Positions 35,155-43,922 of a stretch of DNA of 64,000 bases are shown here, one piece after another. Numbering within the stretch: the stretch's first letter is position 1; each line of letters opens with the position of its first letter. The stretch is from Planctomycetota bacterium (lineage in GTDB: Bacteria > Planctomycetota > UBA1135 > GCA-002748355): the NCBI GenBank assembly GCA_002685965.1, contig NYZE01000005.1:1712-65711 (forward strand), given 5' to 3'. The notes under the pieces were generated by a model that did no database searches, was not told the origin of the DNA, and saw nothing but the letters and a program-made list of their open reading frames with translations. A program made the position numbers and the translations under genes.

Positions 35155-36809
35155 GCTGCCGCTTCTTCTGTCTTCTTCTTCTTCCCGCTGAACCATCCCT
35201 TGATGTTCACCCGCACCTTCCTGCGGATGTCGATCAGGAAGGTCTCCATCTTGCGGGTCTCCTTGCCGACGAGCGAGTTCCACAGTGTCGAGACGAGCCG
35301 CCACGGCCGCACTCCATAGGAAACAGCGTAGAAGTTGAGCAACGTCCAGACGCGCCAGCGTGAGAGCTGTTTGGCGGTCATGGTGTAGCTGTAGTTGTTG
35401 TCCTCACGCACGCCGCCTTCGTTGGCGAAGATCGGCGTCAACAGGAAGTCGTCGTTGAGCGTGATGTGCCCTTCGGCCTTGAGCTGGTCGTAGAGTTCGG
35501 TGTTCGGAATCGGGAAGAAGAAGCCGAACGCCATGTCGGTGATGCCGAGCCAGGCGAGCTTGCGCGCGAGTCGGACCGTCTGCTTGAGATCCTTGGGCGT
35601 GTCCTCGGGGAAGCCGGCGATGAAGAACGCAGCGACGACGAGCTTGTGCTTGGATGCCGCCCTGACCGCGCGGACCAGCGACTCCTCTTTCATCTGCTTC
35701 TTGACCCGCTTGCGAGTCTCGGCGCTGCCGCTCTCAGGCGCGTAGTTGAGCGACTTGCCGTTGGTCTTGGCCAGCCACATGGCGACTTCGTCGTCGATGA
35801 CCTCGACGCGGGTGCCCGACGGTAGCTGCCAGATGATCTTCTCGTGCAGGCCGCGGTCGTAGAGCTCCTTGCAGAAATCGATGATCCACTGCTTCTTGAG
35901 GATTGCGGTCAGGTCGTGGAACGGGAAGTTGTTGGCCCCGTACTTCGCGTGCATGTGCTCGATCTCGTCACACACATCGACGGGGTCGCGGGCATACCAC
36001 CGGGTCGTCCACATCCTGGGCGAGGAGCAATACGTGCACTGGTAGGGGCAGCCGCGCGTCGCCATCAGCGGCACGGTCATCCCGTAGTGGATGCCGGTAA
36101 CGAGGCGTCGCTCGTCGTAGGTCTTGATGTCGAAGAGGTCCCACGCTGGCCACGGCAGTTCGTCGACCGCTTTGGTGCGGTCGCGAGCCTTCAAGCTCTT
36201 GGTGGGCATGCCGTTGGCATCGCGGTACCAGATGCCTTCGACGTTCGCCCACTTGGCATCGTTGCCGCTTCGTACCAAATCCTCGAGGGCCGCGAACAAC
36301 TCGACCGCGCCTTCTTCGCCCTCGCCTAGCACGATGTAGTCGATCGGAGACTCGGCCATCGAGTAGTCGGGCAGTCCGGTGAAGTGCTCGCCGCCGCACA
36401 CGATCGGCGTGTCCGGGAAGCGCTCTTTCATCTTGATGATGATCTCGCGCACGATCGGCCACGAGAACGACCACATGTTGGTCACGCCGAACGCTTCGGC
36501 TTCCGGGTCGAGGCGGTCGACGAGCTGGTCGGGTGTCAGGCCGAGCGCCGAGATCTGTTTGCGCAACCCGGGCGTGACCTGGTCGGGTGCTTCGCCGACC
36601 GCATCGGCGACGGACACATCATGTCCGGCCTTCTGCAAAGCAGCCGCGATGTATGCCAGTCCGAGAGGCAGGCTCGGACGCAAGGCGGTCATCGCGTAGA
36701 CATTCAGGTAGACCGGCGGATGGATCAGTTGGATCTTCACGTACGGCTCAGGATGTGGCTGTCTCTGGTGGCGCTTCGATCGGGTAGATCGAAGGTGGTG
36801 AGGCGGCAT
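35151..36809 (-). CDS. B12-binding-domain radical SAM enzyme (class B rSAM; substrate unknown)
   Basis: 552 aa. N-terminal cobalamin-binding-like domain (IQLIHPP..., LGLAYIAAALQKAGHDVSV); rSAM cluster motif ATRGCPYQCTYCSSP (CxxxCxxC). Confidence 0.8.
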   Translation of the reverse strand: MPPHHLRSTRSKRHQRQPHPEPYVKIQLIHPPVYLNVYAMTALRPSLPLGLAYIAAALQKAGHDVSVADAVGEAPDQVTPGLRKQISALGLTPDQLVDRLDPEAEAFGVTNMWSFSWPIVREIIIKMKERFPDTPIVCGGEHFTGLPDYSMAESPIDYIVLGEGEEGAVELFAALEDLVRSGNDAKWANVEGIWYRDANGMPTKSLKARDRTKAVDELPWPAWDLFDIKTYDERRLVTGIHYGMTVPLMATRGCPYQCTYCSSPRMWTTRWYARDPVDVCDEIEHMHAKYGANNFPFHDLTAILKKQWIIDFCKELYDRGLHEKIIWQLPSGTRVEVIDDEVAMWLAKTNGKSLNYAPESGSAETRKRVKKQMKEESLVRAVRAASKHKLVVAAFFIAGFPEDTPKDLKQTVRLARKLAWLGITDMAFGFFFPIPNTELYDQLKAEGHITLNDDFLLTPIFANEGGVREDNNYSYTMTAKQLSRWRVWTLLNFYAVSYGVRPWRLVSTLWNSLVGKETRKMETFLIDIRRKVRVNIKGWFSGKKKKTEEAAA

Positions 36810-36979
36810 GAACTCCGGATGGTGCAGGCTCCCCCCGACTCGAAGGCAAGTCTACCTCGAAAAGCGCCCACGGGGCGATGCAAGCGGGCTATTGCCGCAC
36901 CGTTGCCCAAGACTCCGGCGCAGGCGAGAGTCCGGCGCACTCGCCCCAGCCAGACTACGCCGAGGACCTGGACTCAGCT

Positions 36980-38095
36980 TCATCTTGCGAGGGCGTCTCG
37001 TAGTGCGGTGACGACGCGGCGGACGGAGGTCTCGCGGGCGCCGTGACCCATGAGGCCGATGCGCCACACCTTGCCCTTGAGGGTGCCGAGCCCGCCGCCG
37101 ACCTCGATGTGGTGTGCACTGCGCAGGTGTTTCTGCACGGCGCCGGGGTCGACGCCGTCGGGTACGACGACGGATGTCAGCATGGGCGTGCGCAGGTTTT
37201 CCGGGACGAGGCACGATAGGCCGATGGTCTCGAGTTCGGTGTACAGTGACTGCGCGGCCGCACGGTGTCGTTCGAAGCGCGCTTCCATTCCCTCGTCGAA
37301 CACGTCGTCGAGGCCGGCGGCGAGGCCGTAGATCGAGCTGATAGGTGCCGTGTGGTGGTAGACCCGGTCGCTGCCCCAGTAAGACGACAGCAGGTTCACG
37401 TCCAGGTACCACGACGTTGGCTTGTTCTTGCGGTTGCGCGCCTTCTCGAGCGCTGCTTCCGAGAAGCTCACCGGCGATAGACCTGGTGGGACACCGAGGC
37501 ACTTCTGCGTTCCCGAGTACGCCGCGTCGACTCCCCATTCGTCGAGTGCGACGCGCGTGCCGCCGAGGCTCGTGACGCAGTCCATGAGTACTAGCGCGCC
37601 GGCGCCCTTGGCTGCGGCGCAGATCGGCTCGGGTGGTTGCAGCACACCGGTCGACGTCTCGGCGTGCACGAAGCAGACGAGCTTGGTGTCGCCGTTGGCG
37701 ATCGCCTGCGCCATCGCCGCAGAGTCGAGCGCCGTGCCGTAGTCGGCCCTTACCTCGATGGCGTTGCCGCCCTGGCGCTGGACGAGGTCCTTCATCCGCT
37801 CGCCGAACACGCCGTGGATGCCGACAACGACGCGGTCGCCCGGCTCGACAAGGTTGACGATGCACGCCTCCATGCCGGCGCTGCCGGTCGCCGAGATCGG
37901 CAGCGTGAAGTCGTTCTCGGTCGAGAACAGCGCGCGCAGGTCCGCCTTGACCCGGTCCATCAAGCCGAGGAATTCGGGGTCGAGGTGCCCGAGCACGGGT
38001 GCGGACTGGGCGGCGAGCACGCGATGCGACACGGGCGAGGGCCCCGGTCCGAGCAGTAGCACTTCGGTCGGATGGAACGGTGCTCTCTCGGTCAT
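36980..38095 (-). CDS. Class V aminotransferase (alanine-glyoxylate / serine-pyruvate aminotransferase-like)
   Basis: 371 aa. LLLGPGPSPVSHRVL..., PLP-Lys context YSGTQKCLGVPPGLS. Confidence 0.8.
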   Translation of the reverse strand: MTERAPFHPTEVLLLGPGPSPVSHRVLAAQSAPVLGHLDPEFLGLMDRVKADLRALFSTENDFTLPISATGSAGMEACIVNLVEPGDRVVVGIHGVFGERMKDLVQRQGGNAIEVRADYGTALDSAAMAQAIANGDTKLVCFVHAETSTGVLQPPEPICAAAKGAGALVLMDCVTSLGGTRVALDEWGVDAAYSGTQKCLGVPPGLSPVSFSEAALEKARNRKNKPTSWYLDVNLLSSYWGSDRVYHHTAPISSIYGLAAGLDDVFDEGMEARFERHRAAAQSLYTELETIGLSCLVPENLRTPMLTSVVVPDGVDPGAVQKHLRSAHHIEVGGGLGTLKGKVWRIGLMGHGARETSVRRVVTALRDALAR

Positions 38096-38192
38096 GGCAG
38101 GGAGGATAGCGTCACTTGTTGTCAGCTAGCCAGTCGTCATTGCCGGGGGCCGCGACGCTCGGTGATGGTGGCGACTACCTCCGCCCACGACA

Positions 38193-40310
38193 TCAGATGT
38201 AGCGCACGTACCTGCCGCCGCTCTCCTTGGCCAGCTGCTTCAACAGCTCGCTGTCGTGACCGAACGAGATCGTGTGAATGACAATGCGGCGTTCGTGGTT
38301 CCAGCGGCGGACCGCGTCGCCGAGCGCGCGGGGTTGGATGATCTTGCCGACGCTGGGACGGCCGTCGGACAGCAAGTAAATCGTGTCAACGCCGACGTCA
38401 TCGAAGGCGCGACGTAGGGCGTCATGGATGTTGGTGCCCCCGGCCGCCACGAGATTGCGGACGAAGGCCTTCGCCTCTTCCTTGTTTGTCTTGCTCGCTT
38501 CCTTGAGGGACCTGACCCAGGACCGCGTGCCATCGCTGAACGGAATCACGTTGAACCAGAGGTCGGGGGAGCAAGCGGTGATGACCTGCTCCAGGGCCTT
38601 CTTGACGGAGTAGAGCTTGGTCGAGCGCGCCGTGCCGATGCGTTGTCTCATGCTGCCCGAGACATCGACGACAAAGCACGCGCGGTTGGTCAGAATGGGG
38701 ATGCCGTAGTAGGTGACGACGCCGCGCCTGCGCGCCGCCTTCTCTGACTCGTCGCCCCTCCCCTTCCTTTTTCCCGTTCGCTTCCTGGACGCTTTCGCCA
38801 GCCTCGGCAGCTCGAACGTCTCGCCCGCCGTGGACCACCAGCTTTTCCAGTACTCGTGCGCGGGATACGTGCGGTCGGTTAGCGCGACGAGCGTGCCGAG
38901 GACTTCGCCTTCGAGCCGCCCGCTCTCGTGCTCGAGGGCGGTGATCAGTACGGGCACCGAACTCTTGTGGCGGACTCGACGCAGGTAGCCGTAGGCCGCC
39001 GAACGCACCTGGAAGTCCTGCGACGAGCACAGCGCTTGCACGTGCGGTAGCGCCTGCGCATATCCCAGGTCCTTCAACAGGTCGACCGCGCGACAACGGA
39101 TCCCGATCTTCGGCGAATCCAGGAGCTTGAGGAGGTGCTTTGGCCAGCTCGAGTCCTTCTTTCGGAACCCGTGCATCGCCCACATGGCTTCGAGGCGTAG
39201 CTCCGGGTGGCGGCCTTCGAATAACTTGCGCAGGCGGGGCAGCCCTTGTTTGAGGCGGCGCCGCGACACTGGACCGATGGCGGCGAGCACGACCGCCGTC
39301 GAATGGTCGCCGAGCGCCTTCACGAGGGCTTGGTTTGCTTCCGGTGTCTTGAAGTGGCCCAACAGCTCGACCGCGGTCAGCCGTTCGACGGCTCCTTCGA
39401 GCTCGTCGAGGGCGGCGTGGAGTTTCCTGATCAGCCGCGCAGCGTGCTTGGGCAGGCGGCCGATCTGTATCATCGCGAGACGCACCACCTGGTTGCCCTG
39501 CATCGCCAGGCCGAGCAGAACGGGCAGCGTGTCCGCATCCGGGATCGATGCCAGCGCGAACAGGGTTGCGTTGCGCATCCCGGGCGGTTTGAGTGCCGAC
39601 TCGTCTGCCGCGATCGTGAGCAACTTGGCCTTCATGCCCTTGTAGGCAGCGCTGCCGAGCTGGCGCAGCGCTTCAGCGCGGATCTTATGATTGGGATCGA
39701 CGAGAAGTTCGACGAGGGAATCCAGGAGTGGCGCTGTCTTCTTGACCGTGGTCAACGCGCGCAGCGCCTGCTCGCGTTGACGCCCGGTCAGATGCTTCAA
39801 GGCATCGGCGAGGGCACGGGCCGCGTGCTTCTCGGTGGGTGCGGCGCCGCACAGGGCCGGCAGGACAGCGGCCTGAAGGCTGTCGTTGCCGCTGCGCAGC
39901 GCCCGCACGAGCACCTGGATACCGGGCCGCTTCTGCGTCGCCAGGCCGAAGGCCGCCGAGCGGCGCATGCCGTTGTTGGGCGTCGTCAGTAGCACGTTAC
40001 GCATGACGGCGAACACAGCTGGGTTGGCGTGGCGGGTCAGTAACTGCAAGACAGTGGCGCGGATGCGCGTATCGGTCTCGTCTCCCCAGAGGTCTAGCAG
40101 TAAGCGCCGTACCTGCGGATTGACCACGGCGTGCAGCCGCTTCAGCGTGCGGATGCGTTGCTGCGCCGGTCGTCCCTTCTCGTTCTCGATCTGCCGGCGC
40201 AGTGCAGTGAAGTCGATCTTCTTCTTCTGCGCAGTAGCGGGCGTGACTGGCCCGGCTACGAGCGCGCTGAGAAGCAAGGTGAGGATTCGCACCTTCATCA
40301 CCGGCTCCAT
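38193..40310 (-). CDS. Secreted HEAT/ARM-repeat protein with C-terminal von Willebrand factor A domain
   Basis: 705 aa. Signal MKVRILTLLLSALVAGPVTPATAQ; long repetitive helical region; VWA MIDAS motif CFVVDVSGSMRQ (DxSxS), later GGTNIHDAL and LLSDGRPS. Confidence 0.75.
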   Translation of the reverse strand: MEPVMKVRILTLLLSALVAGPVTPATAQKKKIDFTALRRQIENEKGRPAQQRIRTLKRLHAVVNPQVRRLLLDLWGDETDTRIRATVLQLLTRHANPAVFAVMRNVLLTTPNNGMRRSAAFGLATQKRPGIQVLVRALRSGNDSLQAAVLPALCGAAPTEKHAARALADALKHLTGRQREQALRALTTVKKTAPLLDSLVELLVDPNHKIRAEALRQLGSAAYKGMKAKLLTIAADESALKPPGMRNATLFALASIPDADTLPVLLGLAMQGNQVVRLAMIQIGRLPKHAARLIRKLHAALDELEGAVERLTAVELLGHFKTPEANQALVKALGDHSTAVVLAAIGPVSRRRLKQGLPRLRKLFEGRHPELRLEAMWAMHGFRKKDSSWPKHLLKLLDSPKIGIRCRAVDLLKDLGYAQALPHVQALCSSQDFQVRSAAYGYLRRVRHKSSVPVLITALEHESGRLEGEVLGTLVALTDRTYPAHEYWKSWWSTAGETFELPRLAKASRKRTGKRKGRGDESEKAARRRGVVTYYGIPILTNRACFVVDVSGSMRQRIGTARSTKLYSVKKALEQVITACSPDLWFNVIPFSDGTRSWVRSLKEASKTNKEEAKAFVRNLVAAGGTNIHDALRRAFDDVGVDTIYLLSDGRPSVGKIIQPRALGDAVRRWNHERRIVIHTISFGHDSELLKQLAKESGGRYVRYI

Positions 40311-40441
40311 GTTAGCACGGCCCCTTCCTGGGGAGGGTCGTCAGGGCCGAACTGACCACCACCAGCGCCTTCGTGCTGCGCACGAAGAAGAAGAGCAAGC
40401 TCAACATCATGGTCGTCTAGATCGTCGATCGTCCCCCGAGC

Positions 40442-42160
40442 TCACGAACGAAGTTTCGATAACAGCGCCTGACCCTCGCGATGGTCAGGCGCTCTTTCGA
40501 GGAGCTTCCGCAAGGCCGCGCGTGCCTTCGGCTTGTCGGAGGCACGTAACCAGTGCTGGGCAAGCTCGAACCACGCATCGTCTTGGCCACCGGCTGCGGC
40601 AGTCTCGAGGTGGCGCACAGCTGCCGTGGTGTCTCCGAGCCGGGAGCAAATCCCGCCCATGAGCAGCGACGCGTTCGGGTGCTTCGGAATGGCTGCCAGC
40701 AACTTGGCGAGCTCGGCGCGCGCCTCGACGAAGCGGCCTCGTGCGGCAGACCCATCGCCGCGCTCTGCGGCGGCTTGACCGGCCCGGACAAGCGCTCTGG
40801 CTGCGTTGAGCCGCACCTCGGGCTTGTCCGGTGCCAGGTCGGCGGCGACTCGGTAGGCTTCCGCGGCATCGGTGAGTTGCCCGAGCCTCGTGTGCGCTTG
40901 AGCAAGTCCGCAGCGCAGGAAGCCATCGTTGGGGTGGAGCCGCGTGACCTGTTGCCAGTAAGTCACGTCGTCGTGCCACACGTAGCACTGGGCAAACGCC
41001 AGTGCCCCCAAGGCGATCGTCGACGCAAGGGATGCGGTCAGCCACATGCTGGCGCGACGTCCAGACAGTAGCCGCGCGAGGCCGGCCGCTGCGAGCGCCG
41101 TCAGCGGGATTAGCGACAGGTATGCGTAGCGGTCTGCGGTGATCTGTCTGCCACTCTGCAAGAGGCCCAACACTGGCGATACGATGACGACGTAGCTCGC
41201 CCACGCTGCCCAGACCCCACTGTGCTTGCGTCGCAGCAAGAACGTCATCAACGTCACCGCGATGACTCCCGCTGCGCAGGCCAGGTACAGGGGGTCGGCC
41301 CACGACAGGCTGTGGTCGCCCAGCTGGTACAGCGGTGAAAGGTCGAGGGGGAACAGCGTCTTCCACGGGTAGAACACGAGAGCGAAGCTCGCCTGCGCGA
41401 GTCGCGCCGGTAGCGGATGTTGCTCGATCGTCATCGCCGCCTGCTCACTCTGCGCAAAGGCCGCGAGAATGGCGGTGACGGCCGACAAGGCGAGGAAGGG
41501 CAGTAGCTCCGCGGCGCGACGTTGCCAGCTTGCGCGGTGCCGTAGGACGTAGACGTCGACCAGCACGAGCACGACCGGCAGCGTGATGCCCCAAGCCTTG
41601 GCGGCGAGGGAGGCCGTGTAGCTGATCAGGGCCAACTTGTAGAAGCGACTCGGACTGTCCGTCCCGGACCGCGAGCGAACCCAGAACAACAGAGTTAGTA
41701 GCCAGAAGACGCCCGACAAGACGTCGCGTCGCTCGGTGACCCAGGCGACCGACTCGACCCGTAGCGGATGGACCGCGAACCAGAGCGCGCCGACGGCGGC
41801 CGCTGTCATCGCAGGTGGCGACTTGCCCAATAACGCAAGAAGGAGGCGAAAGCAGAGCGTGGCTGCGACGGCATGCAGCACGACGTTCGTCAGGTGATAG
41901 CCGAATGGCGTCAGGCCCCAGACCGCGTGGTCGACGGCGAAGCTCAGCCAGGTCAGCGGGTGGAAGTGGCCGCCCCGAGGATCGAACCACGCTGCGAGGT
42001 TGGCCAACGACAACCCGTGCACGTGCTGATTGCCGGTGACGTTGAGCTCATCGTCGACCGACACGATGAAGTCTGCCGACAGCGCTGGAGCGAAGGCCAG
42101 GAACGCGGCAGCGGCGACGGCGGCCGATAGCCAGAGTTCTAGCCGTGGCTGCCGGTTCAC
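40442..42160 (-). CDS. TMTC-like GT-C O-glycosyltransferase with C-terminal TPR repeats
   Basis: Track ORF extends to 42997, but its first 279 codons are antisense to the amidase gene. In-frame GTG at 42160 forms a GTGA overlap with the amidase stop (42159-42157). N-terminus VNRQPRLELWLSAAVAAAAFLAF, loop motif FIVSVDDELNVTGNQHV (DD motif), about 11 TM, then TPR-like C-terminus. Confidence 0.7.
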   Translation of the reverse strand: MNRQPRLELWLSAAVAAAAFLAFAPALSADFIVSVDDELNVTGNQHVHGLSLANLAAWFDPRGGHFHPLTWLSFAVDHAVWGLTPFGYHLTNVVLHAVAATLCFRLLLALLGKSPPAMTAAAVGALWFAVHPLRVESVAWVTERRDVLSGVFWLLTLLFWVRSRSGTDSPSRFYKLALISYTASLAAKAWGITLPVVLVLVDVYVLRHRASWQRRAAELLPFLALSAVTAILAAFAQSEQAAMTIEQHPLPARLAQASFALVFYPWKTLFPLDLSPLYQLGDHSLSWADPLYLACAAGVIAVTLMTFLLRRKHSGVWAAWASYVVIVSPVLGLLQSGRQITADRYAYLSLIPLTALAAAGLARLLSGRRASMWLTASLASTIALGALAFAQCYVWHDDVTYWQQVTRLHPNDGFLRCGLAQAHTRLGQLTDAAEAYRVAADLAPDKPEVRLNAARALVRAGQAAAERGDGSAARGRFVEARAELAKLLAAIPKHPNASLLMGGICSRLGDTTAAVRHLETAAAGGQDDAWFELAQHWLRASDKPKARAALRKLLERAPDHREGQALLSKLRS

Positions 42161-43800
42161 AGGTCCGGGTGACGGTGGTGGTGCTTCGTCTGTGCTTGCC
42201 AGGTTGCTGCGATTGCTAGCAGGCGCGCGTCGTCGTCGAGTTGCCCGGTCAAGCAGATCGAACGCGGCGGGCCGTTCGGTCGGAAGCCGGACGGCGCGAT
42301 GAATGTCGGATGTCCAGTGAGGTTGGTGAGCGCGAGGATGCCGCCGGCGAACGGTGGATGGACCAGCACGTCGATGTTGCGCATCACCTTGTCGAAGTCG
42401 CGCATCAGCCGTGTACGCAGGCGGTTGGCCTGGATGTACTCGACGGCAGGGATCAGGCGTGCGGCGCGGAAGACGTTCGGCCACGCTTGTGCGACCTGGC
42501 GCACGAGTTCGTCGTCGCGATTGGACCGCGTGAACTCGTCGAACGCTGCCGCTGCTTCGGCATTGAGCACGAACATCATGTCCCCGGTCGGATAGCTTGG
42601 CAGTTCGACCTCGACCAGTTCGCAGCCGAGCGCGCTCAGGTTGTCGAGCACCTTCTGACCCGGCTCGTTGTTGCGGAACGCGCTCTCCCAGTAGCCAACG
42701 CGCAACCCCTTCATGTTGGCGGTCTTGGCCATCGCGAACGGTTTGGTGCGTGCGCTCGGGTCCTTGCCGTCGGCGCCGTGAATTGCCGCCATGACGAATG
42801 CGCAGTCGGTGGCTGAGCGGCAGATCGGGCCCAGCTTGTCGAGGGACCACGAGAGTGTCATCGCGCCGTGTCGGCTGATGCGACCGAAAGTCGGGCGCAG
42901 TCCCGTCGTGCCGCACCGGGATGACGGCGACACGATCGACCCGTAGGTCTCCGAGCCGATCGCGAATGGCACGCCACCGGCGGCCGTCGCTGAGCACGGC
43001 CCGGCCGAAGAACCCGACGAACCCTGTTGCGGGTTCCAGGGGTTGCGCGTCTTACCTCCGAACCACACATCACCCCAGGCGAGCGCACCGAGCGTGAGCT
43101 TGGCGATCAGCACCGCGCCCGCTTGCTCCAGCCTCTGTACGACGGTCGCGTCGTAGTCGAGCATTTGATTCTCGAACGGCTTCGCGCCCCAGGTCGTGCG
43201 CGTGCCGCGCGCCGCGAGGAGATCCTTGGCGCCGTAAGGAATCCCGTGCAGCGGACCGCGATACTTACCGGCGGCGATCTCTTGGTCGAGTTGGCGCGCG
43301 GTCTTGAGCGCGCGCTTCTCGGTCAGCGTGATGACGCAATGCAGAGACTTGTCGAGGCGAGTGAGCCGTTTCAAGAACATCTGCGTCAGCTCGACGCAGC
43401 TGACTCGCTTGGACTTGATCAGACTAGCGAGAGTCTCGATGTCCGCGAACGCGAGCGCTTTGAGATCGTCCGGTCGCTCGCGAGTCGGCAGCGCGAGCTC
43501 GCGCGCCGGTAACGCCACCGATCGATCCACGATCCCCGGCAGAAAGGGATTGAAGGCTAGCGCCGGGTAGAGCTCGTTCGGCAGGACCTCACGGCGCAGC
43601 CGTTTGAACGAGCGCAAGTTGGCGCCGACCTTGCGCATCATCAGCTCGAGCTCCGCATCAGTGAACTGGAGACCGATCAACCGAGCCGCGGCGTCCGCTT
43701 GCGTCTTGCGCTCACCTTGAGCTTCAAGCCGTCCATTCACGGTGAGCGCCACGCCAAGGAGAAGGGGAACCGACGTTGCTTGTAGCCACACATGCCCCAT
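42157..43800 (-). CDS. Amidase-signature (AS) family amidase, probably exported
   Basis: Track ORF to 43863. ATG at 43800 gives a signal-like MGHVWLQATSVPLLLGVALTV. AS motifs GSSGSSAG and GSETYGSIVSPSS. The alternative start at 43863 would place a perfect 12-bp inverted repeat inside coding sequence. Confidence 0.75.
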   Translation of the reverse strand: MGHVWLQATSVPLLLGVALTVNGRLEAQGERKTQADAAARLIGLQFTDAELELMMRKVGANLRSFKRLRREVLPNELYPALAFNPFLPGIVDRSVALPARELALPTRERPDDLKALAFADIETLASLIKSKRVSCVELTQMFLKRLTRLDKSLHCVITLTEKRALKTARQLDQEIAAGKYRGPLHGIPYGAKDLLAARGTRTTWGAKPFENQMLDYDATVVQRLEQAGAVLIAKLTLGALAWGDVWFGGKTRNPWNPQQGSSGSSAGPCSATAAGGVPFAIGSETYGSIVSPSSRCGTTGLRPTFGRISRHGAMTLSWSLDKLGPICRSATDCAFVMAAIHGADGKDPSARTKPFAMAKTANMKGLRVGYWESAFRNNEPGQKVLDNLSALGCELVEVELPSYPTGDMMFVLNAEAAAAFDEFTRSNRDDELVRQVAQAWPNVFRAARLIPAVEYIQANRLRTRLMRDFDKVMRNIDVLVHPPFAGGILALTNLTGHPTFIAPSGFRPNGPPRSICLTGQLDDDARLLAIAATWQAQTKHHHRHPDL

Positions 43801-43837
43801 GTGAGCACTTTGGCCCTCATGCCCGAAGTGCTCACAT
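43799..43837. promoter_or_regulatory. Perfect inverted repeat ATGTGAGCACTT-N15-AAGTGCTCACAT overlapping the amidase start codon
   Basis: Arms 43799-43810 and 43826-43837 are exact reverse complements. The A and T of the ATG at 43800 lie in one arm. Either an operator or an mRNA hairpin that occludes the start. Confidence 0.55.
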
Positions 43838-43880
43838 GAGCAAAAGTTCCTGTGCCGGTCCATTCTCGCTCTGGCTAACC

Positions 43881-43897
43881 TACTACAAAGTGTAGTA
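43881..43897. promoter_or_regulatory. Perfect palindrome TACTACA-AAG-TGTAGTA (TACA/TGTA core), candidate BlaI/MecI/CopY-family operator
   Basis: AT-rich 17-mer in a GC-rich spacer, 25 bp upstream of the BlaI-family gene's ATG and between the divergent genes. The TACA...TGTA dyad is the known core of this repressor family's operators. Confidence 0.6.
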
Positions 43898-43922
43898 GTA
43901 CCGCCCCCGGGAGACTTCGCGC

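Noticed and set aside
42161-42997. N-terminal 279 codons of track ORF 40442-42997 (851 aa) as part of the TMTC-like protein
   Set aside because: This segment is antisense to the well-supported amidase gene and is Arg/Pro-rich. An in-frame GTG at 42160 gives a normal short cytoplasmic N-terminus and a GTGA overlap with the amidase stop. The same logic trimmed 21068-21628, 45201-45755, 50747-51046, 54498-55541, 55120-56781 and 56454-57542.
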